In this document: positions 10,305-21,360 of the stretch, in pieces | Position numbering within the stretch: the stretch's first letter is position 1 | Layout: the number at the start of each line of letters is the position of its first letter | Source of the DNA: Octopus bimaculoides | Lineage: Eukaryota | Direction: 5' to 3' | DNA: 33,711 nucleotides | Assembly (NCBI RefSeq): GCF_001194135.2 | Contig: NC_068987.1 | Location: forward strand, 31,759,956-31,793,666 | The notes under the pieces: model-generated | What the model saw: the letters and a program-made list of their open reading frames with translations, nothing else | Databases searched by the model: none | Told to the model about the DNA's origin: nothing | Program-made: the position numbers and the translations under genes

Positions 10305-10510
10305 TGTCTGTATTTATCCCCCGCCCATCACATCTTGGCAACCGGTGTTGCTGTGTTTATGTATCCGTAACTTAGCGGTTCGGCAAAGGAGACCGATAGA
10401 ATAAGTACGAGGCTTAAAAAATAAGTCCTGGTGTCGATTTGTCCGACTAAAATCCTTCAAGGCGGCGCTCTAGTATGGCTGCAGTCAAATGACTGAAACA
10501 AATAAAAGAA
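10305..10510 (+). mobile_element. SINE segment B
   Basis: tgtctgtatttatccc...gtaacttagcggttcggcaaaggagaccgatagaataagtac...aagtcctggtgtcgatttgtccgactaaa...ggctgcagtcaaatgactgaaacaaataaaagaat, preceded by a TG run. Confidence 0.85.
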
Positions 10511-10816
10511 TAAAGCAATATGTATATATATCCTAATTCACTAATTCAGCTTCAAACATTAAGCTAACGCATATACCCTCACCTATCACACATGTGTGTT
10601 TGCGCGCGCGCGCGTCTATGTATATAATATTTATATAATATAAATAGTATATATATATATATATGCATATATATATATTATTTATATTATTATATGATTG
10701 AACGCCGCACAACCTTTTCCAAGCAAGTTTTACCTTATATATGCCTGTGCATATTTATATGTATGTATCTATGTGTATGTGGCGTGTGCGTGTGCGTGTG
10801 TCTGCCTGTATGTATG

Positions 10817-10855
<39 letters not shown>

Positions 10856-11744
10856 CTGTGCAAAATATCTGAAAGTGTGTTAGGAATGCCAACCAATAAG
10901 GTGACATCTAAACGACTGACGAATGGAACAAGATCTAATGATAAAGTCGTGTCAAATCAACTCTAACGTAATTAGTCAGTTCTGAGAACATGTCTACGTA
11001 AAAGTGTTTGTGTTTTTATCCAATGACATCATCAGAAAAAAATAAAGAAGTAAATAAACGCAAAAGGTTTCTAATTTTCAACGGATATCAATTTACTGAC
11101 TTAGTTTCCCCGAGAACTTACTGAGTATTTGTTTATATATAGTATATCGATTGATTTGGGCTGGATGCAGAAGCGCTTATTCACAAGAAAGATATACATC
11201 GTTAACTACACTAAACAGTGTATTATTAATTTAAAGATATTTGAGATCTAAACATGGAAATGCTAGACCAAACAATTAACTAAGATAAAATCCAGATGCA
11301 GAGAAATCCACTGTGGGTCGGCAAGAAATAATCCAAAGAAATGTAGCTGATAAATAGATAGTCGTTTCGAGGAAAGGAAACAAATGTTATACTAATTGAG
11401 TAACTGAGGAAGACAAAACAGCGCCATTAAAGTGTCTGATGATTAACATTCGTTATATGATACTTAATACTTACATAGGTAAAATAATCTAAATTTGCTG
11501 AATCGGAATATAATTGATTATAGTAATTTCTATATTTACTGATCCACATTTTAGCGTTCTCGGAGGAATGAGATATAATTCAAAAACCGGGAGATTACAA
11601 CTAAGAATGCAGAGAGAAACTATTAAATACAATATGTCATTTATTTTGGTACATCGTTCCTGTAATGATTTCTTAGAACCTGATGTTTTGTTGTTGTTCT
11701 TGTTGCTGCTGCCATCATCGTCGTCTTTCTTCATTGCTGTGTTG

Positions 11745-11875
11745 TTTCACGTGGCTTTTGGTTCACTTCCACTGTGCCGCAGTATATTTGGACAAATGTC
11801 TTCTAACTATGACTTAAGATCGACCAATTTCGTGTGATGGAAATTTGGTGGATGGACATTGTGCAGAAGCCTGTG
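11745..11875 (+). mobile_element. SINE family A, old degenerate copy
   Basis: ggttcacttccactgtg...caaatgtcttctaactatgac...gaccaa...aatttggtggatggacattgtgcagaagcctg. Confidence 0.55.
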
Positions 11876-12080
11876 GAAGTGACTATTTTTGTTCTAGGCT
11901 GGTAGAATTAACACGTCACCCTCCAACACCACTTCGCACATGAGTTCGTTTTCACAGCGAGCTATATTTTAAGAATGTCATAATCTGAACATGAGGAATT
12001 CGTGAGGACTTGTGTCGGCAGCAATAGAACAAGAATAACTGATATCTATTAACATATTAGAATTTATATTATGAGAAAAT

Positions 12081-12212
12081 GAAATTCTGCTGAGGTCGAC
12101 AATGTCTCTCATCCTTTTGGGTTCCATAAAATGTCAGTTGAGCACTTAGGTAATCATGTAATCGTCTTGTGCCCTCTCCAAAATTATTGGCCTTGTGCCA
12201 AAATTTGAAACC
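12081..12212 (+). mobile_element. SINE family C, 3' half
   Basis: aaattctgctgaggtcgac...catccttttggg...ggccttgtgccaaaatttgaaacc. Confidence 0.7.
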
Positions 12213-12343
12213 GATATAATTGACAAGTCCTTCTCCAAGAATTTCAGGCCTTTTGTTTATAGTAGAAAGGACTACGAGAAACTGAAAGAGAAATTGATAA
12301 TCAATTAGAGAAGAAAACTAATTACAAAAGAACTGTATATAAT

Positions 12344-12551
12344 GGTTTCAAATTTTGGCACACGGCCAGTAGTTTTAGGAGAATGGATAAGTCGAAAGGA
12401 TGAACGGATAGTTTTAGGAGAACGGATAAGTCGAAAGGATGAAAAGGAAAATCAACCGTATCGAAATTTGAACGCAGAACGTAATGAATCGAAAGAGATG
12501 CTGCTAAGCATTTTGTCAGACGTGCTAACGATTCTGTCAACGAACCACCTT
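12344..12551 (-). mobile_element. SINE family C with internal deletion and 39-bp tandem duplication
   Basis: ggtttcaaattttggcacacggccag...gctaagcattttgtcagacgtgctaacgattctgtcaac; units 12370-12408 and 12409-12447. Confidence 0.75.
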
Positions 12552-13179
12552 AAGAAATATATATAACAATGATTAGAATAGGAAATAGCTTCACTGAGTT
12601 CTGCTGGTGTTTTAGCGTTGGAAAAACACAAATATATATGAGTGAATTTAAACAAGTAAAAAAAAAACAACTGAAAGCGAAACTTTAATTAGCTTAATAA
12701 CTAAATCGAGAAAAATATAAAAGAATTATTATATAATTGTACCTAATTATTAGAATAATATTATGAATTGACTAATATTTTAATGCTCACTGCATAAAAT
12801 ATGTTAATATTAACTTAACTGTTGGTTTGCAAGCAGATCGCATATCTGAGTATTTTCATTCTCTAAAATATGCAAACTTTTTCTACACCGACCAGTGTAA
12901 AATATCAAAATATTCTATGTCTATTTAGTGATTCTGTCTATAATACTTTGGTCAGTACTATGAAGTCTATGCTTCGATGATAAATTCTAATAGAACAACA
13001 CATCGTTGAATTTATCCACCGTTAAAATAATCAAAATAATGTTAGTGATTTCATATTTCTTTTCCATATTTATTTCCAATTTAATCTTTTAATGCTCCAT
13101 TCACGGGTATGACATCATTGAGTAATGTACTTATTAAAACCCTGTATTTGGGACATCTGTAAATCTAATGATCTCTGGA

Positions 13180-13320
13180 GCTAGACCTAGAAAGGAGCAG
13201 TCCCGGGTAAGGTTTTCTGTTGCAGACCAGAAAATGACCACGTATGCACGTCATTCCTTCTCCGAGTTACTGATGATGTCCAAGGGAAAGGCAAGACTGA
13301 CACAGTTTGGCATCAGTTTT
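13180..13320 (-). mobile_element. SINE family D fragment
   Basis: tgatgtccaagggaaaggcaagactgacacagtttggcatcagt matches 1315-1358. Confidence 0.55.
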
Positions 13321-14871
13321 GTCCCTGTCGTCCCTTTCGCCCAGTCTTTTCCGTCTGAACACAAAAAAAAAAAAAAACCAAAGCAGGTAGCGCGTGACAT
13401 TTTGTCCGACGTTTTAACACTTTTGCCAGTCCAGCACTCTGGACAGGCACTTTATCAGTTTCAAAACAATGAAAGACAAAGTTCATCTGGCTGGAATTTG
13501 AACTCAGAATATAGAGAGCTGGGGCAAATACAGTTCAACATTTTATACGATATTCTAACCATTCAGCTAATTCTTAATCTTTACAGAGACCTCAATTCGC
13601 TTGAATATGCTACGATATAACTATACGTAAAATATGAAACCAGTCCAACATGTAATTCCGAAGCATGGCTCGGTACGTTTGTTTTACTTTGTCTATCAAT
13701 GCACTGCGAATAGATTTTAATATGTTTAATGTTTCATATGTAATCGCAGTTTCGATTATATTGAAGCAACTCAAACTTAGTCAAATTCGTAAACAAAATT
13801 TTTCCCGTCCTTTTTCTTGGATCTCTTACAATTTTCAGTCTATCACACTGCAGCTGCGTATCTTACTTCTTGCTTTTTGGTGGGTTGTTTATTGCCTTTG
13901 TCTTATGCTTTGAGTTAATTCAGTATTTCAGTACTGGAAAATAATATATCAGCCGATAATATTAAACCTGAGAGAAAATGAAAAGGAAACAAAGATGCGC
14001 ATACACATTTAGATACACATATACACACACTAAGGCAGAAACACATAGATGCACACACAAACATACACACACAAAAAATTGCATAGATGCATAAAGAAAC
14101 AAATGCAGTTTCTTTTTCATCAAAAAGATTGATCAAATTTAAATAGATAACTAGATTTTTGAAGACAAAGTAATTTTAGTACATAAAAATATTACTCTGT
14201 ACTAAAGATTTTAATGCACTAAAAAAGTAAGTTTAATGTACTAAAATAATCTTAGAGTAATTTATTTAGTTTATAAACTTCAATGGTATTTTAATTTATT
14301 GGTCATAGAAAAAAATTAAAGATAAAATCGCTCATTGTGATTTAAATTTTATGTATAGATGGTTATCAAGAACATCGATATAAGATGTATATACATAAAT
14401 AAAAATATTAATATTCTAAGTCTCTCTAAAGGGGACTACGGCAGCGGTACTGGATATTAATAGTTATCGCCAAGCCAACATGGCAGTCCAAATAATAGGA
14501 CGAATGCTGCCGTTGATTAGCTCCAAGAGGCCATCGCCTCTAGCTAGCTATGTGACACACGAATTTGTGTCCATTATAACCTTCGAACAGGGGAGGTCAG
14601 CCGCTTCCCCTTGCTGGTCTATAAGTTTAAACTATAAACTTATATCTCTTATCAACAAAAAACAGTATGTTGTTTTGTTTTAGCAAACAATGTTTCTTTC
14701 ATGTACGTAAATAAATATATGGACTCATACTCATGTGTATTTAGTCCCACTCTGGAATTAGGCCCACGAGGGTATGTTTAGCAGTATGGGATAGAGACTG
14801 ATAGTAGCAGAAAATTGGTATTCATAAGCAACGCGTAAGACAGTTACATATTGTTTAATTCAGTACGTAAC

Positions 14872-15047
14872 TATGTATGTATGTATGTATGTATGTATGT
14901 ATGTATGTATTTATGTATGTATGTATGTATGTATGTATGTATACATATATGCATGTATTTACGTATCTACTTTCATATGTTTATATCTATGTACGTACGT
15001 ATTAAATGTATGTATGTATGTATGTATGTATGTATGTATGTATGTAT
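14872..15047. repeat. Interrupted (TATG)n microsatellite
   Basis: Directly visible. Confidence 0.95.
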
Positions 15048-15056
15048 AATGTATCT

Positions 15057-15632
15057 ATACGCAATCGGTGTAAACCTAAAAAGAGATTTAATGACGGCAT
15101 AAGGACTACCATGAAGTCACTTGGAATGGATCCAAAAGCCATACAAAACCCTGCTTCGGACCGAGTTGGATGTGTGGAGTGGAGTGAAAACTTTCGAGGA
15201 GGCCAGGGCGATACATGCGAGACTCAAGAGAGATTTAAAGAAGAATGTTGCGATCGAGAAGGTGAATCTCAGTGACATTTTTGTGTGCACAGTTTGTGAC
15301 AGACAGTGCCTTTCTTTTGCTGGGCTCAAATTTCACTTGTGGACCCATGAAAAGAACCTGCACCAACTTGCCTATATATCTGTGTACACCTTTCCATGCT
15401 GTGTATACCATAAGGTCTGCAAATCTAACGGAGGCCTCAAAAGATATTTTAAGATCTACAAAAATCAGAACTTAACTGCAGCTCTTGGAGCTCCAAATCA
15501 GATATGCAATCTATGTGGATGTCTTTTCAATACATTGTCTGGTTTAAAAAAATCCACATCATACGCCATGATGGATCTAAGGTGTAAATGCAAGAGATGC
15601 TCAGACTCTGCATAAGGAGTAGACAACCACCA
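15057..15632 (+). mobile_element. 5'-truncated RTE-type LINE 3' end with three C2H2 zinc fingers (decayed)
   Basis: RNRCKPKKRFNDGIRTTMKSLGMDPKAIQNPASDR / WSGVKTFEEAR fits the RTE post-RT pattern (RxxGRPKxRxKD...A.DR..W...G...FE). Then CTVCDRQCLSFAGLKFHLWTH, a degenerate second finger and CNLCGCLFNTLSGLK(fs)IHIIRH. Two frameshifts; flanked by (TATG)n and (CA)n. Confidence 0.8.
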
Positions 15633-15937
15633 TACACACACACACACACAATCACACACTTTATCATCATGAAACCGTTAGTAGTCCCAACACATTTTCT
15701 TTCTCTCTCTCTTCATCTTTTCGTTCTCCCTCCATTTTCCCCCCTCCCACCCCTTTCTGTCGAAGTGCATAGGCTCCAAACCCTCAAATCTTTTCCATTC
15801 TTCCCGAGTATCAAATTAATACACCTCCTTGTTGTACCCTCACCTGTCTACATCTTTTGTTTTCTGTAAATTTGAACTATATATGTGTGCGTGTGTGCGT
15901 GTGTGTATGTATATATGTGTATATATGTATGTGTGTG

Positions 15938-15938
<1 letters not shown>

Positions 15939-16028
<90 letters not shown>
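15939..16028. repeat. (CA)n(TA)n compound microsatellite before gap
   Basis: Directly visible. Confidence 0.95.
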
Positions 16029-17189
16029 NNNNNNNNNNNNNNNNNNNNNNNNNNNNNNNNNNNNNNNNNNNNNNNNNNNNNNNNNNNNNNNNNNNNNNNN
16101 NNNNNNNNNNNNNNNNNNNNNNNNNNNNNNNNNNNNNNNNNNNNNNNNNNNNNNNNNNNNNNNNNNNNNNNNNNNNNNNNNNNNNNNNNNNNNNNNNNNN
16201 NNNNNNNNNNNNNNNNNNNNNNNNNNNNNNNNNNNNNNNNNNNNNNNNNNNNNNNNNNNNNNNNNNNNNNNNNNNNNNNNNNNNNNNNNNNNNNNNNNNN
16301 NNNNNNNNNNNNNNNNNNNNNNNNNNNNNNNNNNNNNNNNNNNNNNNNNNNNNNNNNNNNNNNNNNNNNNNNNNNNNNNNNNNNNNNNNNNNNNNNNNNN
16401 NNNNNNNNNNNNNNNNNNNNNNNNNNNNNNNNNNNNNNNNNNNNNNNNNNNNNNNNNNNNNNNNNNNNNNNNNNNNNNNNNNNNNNNNNNNNNNNNNNNN
16501 NNNNNNNNNNNNNNNNNNNNNNNNNNNNNNNNNNNNNNNNNNNNNNNNNNNNNNNNNNNNNNNNNNNNNNNNNNNNNNNNNNNNNNNNNNNNNNNNNNNN
16601 NNNNNNNNNNNNNNNNNNNNNNNNNNNNNNNNNNNNNNNNCATATATACATACATATATATATGTATGTATGTATGATATTCGGTTATAATGTCGTACGT
16701 TTAAGCTGGTTCCCATGCATTTCCCCGAAGAGAAGTTTACATTTTTAACATCGCCGATTCCTATGGATCGTATAAATTGTAATTCTTCGAAACATATGTT
16801 GGAAATAAAAGTATGCAGTTAAAATATGCGTTTTACTCCATTCATTAAATTTATGTATGTATGTATATATGTATGTATGTATGCATGTATGTATGTATGT
16901 ATTTGTGTGTGGTTTTAGCTGTTGTATGGCCGTTGTTTCGACACGCACTGTTTTTTGTCCAACTAAAATTATCGTCCTTTCCAAATAGGCTTGGTTGGCG
17001 TGAGTGTATATGACAGGCTTGTCCATCGCCTTCCTATTGTTGGATCACCAACTCAAACTGCTTATTTGGCTAGCATGCGAAGTGAGTAATTATTTCAGCG
17101 ATACGTATGCTCTTAGAGTATTTCTCAAGTAGAATCAGCCTGTGGCAAGGTTGGCTCTTTAAATTATAGATACAGTCTATCCGATGAGT

Positions 17190-17347
17190 CACTATAAGCC
17201 TTCCATCTACTCAAATTCACTCACAAAGTTTGGATCGATCCGTATCTGTGGTAAAGGCAAATTATCCAAGATGCCGCGCAGTGGGATCAAAACCAAACCG
17301 TCGAAGTTACGACGCCAACTTCTCAACCATTCACTTATGCCTGCATC
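17190..17347 (-). mobile_element. SINE family A, diverged copy
   Basis: aagccttccatctactcaaattcactcacaaag...ccaagatgccgcgcagtgggatcaaaacc...cttctcaaccattcacttatgcctgc. Confidence 0.75.
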
Positions 17348-18129
17348 TACACACACACACACATACACGTACACACACGCACACACACATACACACACGC
17401 ACACAAACGCACACGTGCGCGCGCAGACACACACACACGCGCACACATACACACACACACACACACGCTAGTGCTTCCTATTTAATTTAGATGTAAACAA
17501 AAATTGTGACTGCCACAGCTTATTTACATGTATACACCTGTATGGAATGTATTTCATGACAATTTCATTTATATATTTTATTGATAAATTAGCTTCAAAT
17601 ATCATGAATTGGAAATGAAATTAAATAGTAGTTTTGATGACAAAATATTAATCGTTTCTTTTAAGTCTTTTAATGCGATTTATTCGGTTTGTGAATATTA
17701 GTGATATCTCTTTGGTTGATTTCACATCATAGTTTATAAGCACGAGACATAACCGGTTAAAGAGAGTATAATGAATAGTATTTACAATATTGTTGGAATT
17801 TTATAGAAATGATCTTATCATGGTTATGACGGAACATTAATTTATGTATGTTCTTATGTAATAGATATAGCTGCGTGGTTAAATAATTCTCTCGGCGGTC
17901 ATGTGTTGGCGAGAACGCTCTCATCGTGTAGGTACCTTAAACAAGCGTCTTTTGCCAAAGCCTCGTATTGACATTTTGAGTTGAAGTTAGTAAGTCGCAC
18001 ATATGCTTGCACACACACACACGGGCGCGCTCTGATACACATACACAAACACGCATACACACACACATGCGAACACACAAGCAGATATACACTCATACAC
18101 ATATGTGTGCATGTATGTGTGTATATTCG

Positions 18130-18210
18130 ATGGCCAGATAACTGAAGAGATGGCGGCATGGGTTTCCGCCCCGGCATCCGGAACTGGGAGTTTTATCATG
18201 GCTACCGAAT
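18130..18210 (+). ncRNA. Type I hammerhead ribozyme motif (copy 2, catalytic core mutated)
   Basis: CTGAAGA 18142-18148, stem II GATGGCGG/CCGGCATC, GGAA (instead of GAAA) 18180-18183, GTT 18190-18192, stem I TGGCCA-GATAA (18131-18141) with TTATC-A-TGGCTA (18193-18204). Homologous to 3411-3510. Confidence 0.65.
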
Positions 18211-18228
18211 AATTGTCACATATTATTT

Positions 18229-18245
18229 ACACACACACACACACA

Positions 18246-18327
<82 letters not shown>

Positions 18328-18351
18328 CACATATATATATATATATATATA
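18229..18351. repeat. (CA)n(TA)n compound microsatellite
   Basis: Directly visible. Confidence 0.95.
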
Positions 18352-18750
18352 AACATGATTAAGGGATTAACAAAAGTTGTTTCACCACATACCGAAATTT
18401 AGAAAGAGCAGTCAAACTACTAATTCTTCTACTACAATATATCTCCACAGACAGTAATACTCGTAACTTACATAGGCAAAAAGAAGAAAAGAATAACGAA
18501 ACCAACCAGCCTTAGTTAATCATGTCAGTTACCTTCTCTAGTGCTTCGTTTGTGGACAAGATATTAAAGGCACTTATAGTTGTGTAAACATTCACCGACT
18601 CCATTTAGGCAGATATGGAAACGTCGAATATAAATTTAGGAACTTTATTGTTCTAAAGTAATTGTAAAAAAATTATAATGAAAATACGACATGCAAATAA
18701 GTTAGTTAGAAAATCTCTATAAGAGACGAGAGCAGTAACTATACTGAGAA

Positions 18751-19210
18751 GTAATGTTTACTGCCATTTGAATATAGCTGTTCTATTATTGCTGTTTTTA
18801 ACCCTAGAAGGACATCTCTTCCAGCTGGTTATTCGATACAATCTGCATCCGATACATATTGCAAGCAGGGGACTGAACCCCTACCATCTTCTAGCCACAA
18901 GACCACCAGACTGTGCGTACTAATTTGCTTGTTGCAAAATCAATGACTGTGTGTCACTTGATTTTCTATATGTTGCAAGCTGAAGTGAACTACTGTTATC
19001 TCTAGCGGGCAAGTATACGCCATCGAAGTTGACCACAAAGAGGTCGGAACCGTACGTTCTGATGGTCTCATGGCTAGAAGATGGTAGGGGTTCCCCCCAC
19101 TACTTGCAGATTGCATTGAATAACCAGCTGGAGGAGGCCTCCTCCTGGGGTTAAAAATTGCAGTAACGTCGGTTCGATAACAGCCATATTTAAATGGCAA
19201 TAAACATTAC
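18751..19210. mobile_element. Foldback/MITE-like element with long imperfect inverted repeats
   Basis: 18751-18920 is the imperfect reverse complement of 19052-19210 (e.g. ccagctggttattc/gaataaccagctgg; gaacccctaccatcttctagcca/tggctagaagatggtaggggttc). The inverted repeat is certain; the transposon identity is inferred and no TSD is evident. Confidence 0.6.
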
Positions 19211-19281
19211 AAAGAGAATACGAAAAATCTAAAATGTAAAAAGGTAAAACTTGAAAACAGTCGAGTATATATTAAAGCATA

Positions 19282-19282
<1 letters not shown>

Positions 19283-19335
<53 letters not shown>
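19283..19335. repeat. (TG)n microsatellite
   Basis: Directly visible. Confidence 0.95.
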
Positions 19336-19337
<2 letters not shown>

Positions 19338-20744
19338 CGCGTGTATGTATGCATGTATGTATATATGTATATATGAATGTATCTTTATGTACGTACGTGG
19401 GTACGTATGTATCTATGTATTTATGTTTGCCCGTTTGTATTCGTGCGTGCGCACGATTGTGTTTGTGTATCTTTCGTAGATTAATACTAGTAGTGAATGT
19501 AAACATTTGTCAAAGCTTCGAGTTGGCATTCTTAGTTGAAGTTGGTAAATACTGTGCAGAAAATTAAAAGCACATTTTAGAACGAAGTCCTTTATGATAT
19601 TCTTCTGAAAAAATGTTATATTGTAACACTCTAATCACTTTTTCCATGAGATGTGTTCAGTGAATGATCGAAAAGCTGGGTACCTGCAGCCAATGGCACT
19701 ATTGCTCCCTGATTGTAATCTAAAATAAGCACTTTTTAAACGTATGACTGAATGATGTTTAAAACACTGCTGTAAAACCTTGAATCTCAGATCTTTAAAA
19801 ACCTTCTTTATTATTCTCGGACGTTTTGGCTAGAGATGTTGAGGACCATTCATTGAAACTGCGATGCGGGAATAACTTTTGATATACGTGAACGACACCA
19901 CTGTCAATGTGTTTGACACTATGGATAAGGTGTTCAGCACATTATTTAAAAAGTACGAGAAGGTAACAGTAGCACGTTTTGACCAGGACATGTCAGAGGG
20001 CTTTCAAACCGGCATCTGGAGAAGCAAATGCATGTCAACCAGTGTCGTGGATCATCGAACCGACGGTCCTGTCAAGAAGTTTGGGATTTAGGACCAGACT
20101 TTCCGACGGATAAAAACTTGGAGGATGTTGCGAGTAAGTTGGTCAGTTTCACCAAAAACAGAATAAGAGAAAATTATACTTGAGGAAATTATACTCGCGC
20201 AGAGGTGGCGAACCTATACAGTGCGTCCGTTTGTTGTTAACACCCGACCATCATACCTTGCCCCTGTTAAACTTTGATGTAATTGAAGTGACTGATCTTT
20301 CGCCTTTTGTGGTGGGGACCTGTTGGTCGTAATTGCCATTTGCTGCCAACGCTCTTAATGCAGAAGGTTAAAAACACCGAAACTAATCATGTGCAAGCGT
20401 TTACTGAGGATCTAGTCAAGGACGCAGCAAAGGGGTTAGAATGTTGTCGTGTGCTCAAAGTTGTCTATCATATGGGGAAACCTTGCATAAGATACCACAC
20501 CGCTGAGGGTTCTTTTTGTATGACATCGTATATATTTTTTTAGTCCCTTATCATGTATTACGAGTTTCCTTTTGTTTCATTAATTAATAAATACCTACAA
20601 TATGTTTTGTAATCGTTTTGTATAAAACGATGTTGTGTGTCTATATGCATCTGTGTGTGAGGACTCTGAGAACCAAACAAAAGAAAGATTATTATTGCTA
20701 GAATAATTTCTTACAAAGGAATAAGCAACGAATTTGGAGAAAAC

Positions 20745-20912
20745 GTAAGGGGTTAATATATCAACGTCAGTACTTCACACGTACTTTATTCAATCGATCT
20801 CAGTAGAATGAAAGTTGAACTCGGTGAGATTTGAAATCAGAGAATAAAAGGCCGTAACTAAATACCCACAAGTCAATTTTGTCCGACGCTCACCCGATTC
20901 AGTCAACCCATT
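20745..20912 (-). mobile_element. SINE family C, old degenerate copy
   Basis: gaatgaaagttgaactcggtgagatttgaaatcagag...attttgtccgacgctcacccgattc. Confidence 0.55.
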
Positions 20913-21220
20913 GCCAATTTCTTATTTTGGGAATAAAGAATTCCTAAGAGAAGTTAAATCATCATCGTCGTCGTCGTCGTCGTCGTCATCATCATCATCT
21001 TCGTTGTCGTCGTCCTATTGCAATTGACAAAAGTTTACAAGGAACAATATGTTGATACTTTCTATTTGTGTTTTTGCCTAATCGTAAAGTCATGAATATT
21101 TCATGGAGTGTATATTTATAAACACTCAATCTTGTCTTACTCTGTCATTTCAAATAAACGATGCTATTCAACATCCCAAGTTATTTTCAATGAACCTTTG
21201 GGGGCTCATATTAGCCAGCG

Positions 21221-21360
21221 TATTATTATTATTATTATTATTATTAGTAGTAGTAGTAGTAGTAGTTGTTGTTGTTGTTGTTGTAGCGGCAGCAGCAACA
21301 GCAGCGACAATAGCAGCAGCATCAATTGTGGTGATGGTGTTGATGGTAGTGGTGATAGCG
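21221..21360. repeat. Compound trinucleotide array (TTA)(TAG)(TTG)(CAG)...
   Basis: Directly visible in-register succession of triplet motifs. Confidence 0.9.

Noticed and set aside
12370-12447. CRISPR-like or functional repeat array
   Set aside because: Only two adjacent units without spacers, inside a SINE, in eukaryotic DNA.
15121-15615. Host C2H2 zinc-finger gene
   Set aside because: Directly continuous with RTE-type LINE peptide, frameshifted, no splice context; treated as a retroelement remnant.
20200-20220. cagaggtggcgaacct resembling a hAT-type TIR
   Set aside because: No matching inverted partner or 8-bp TSD found.
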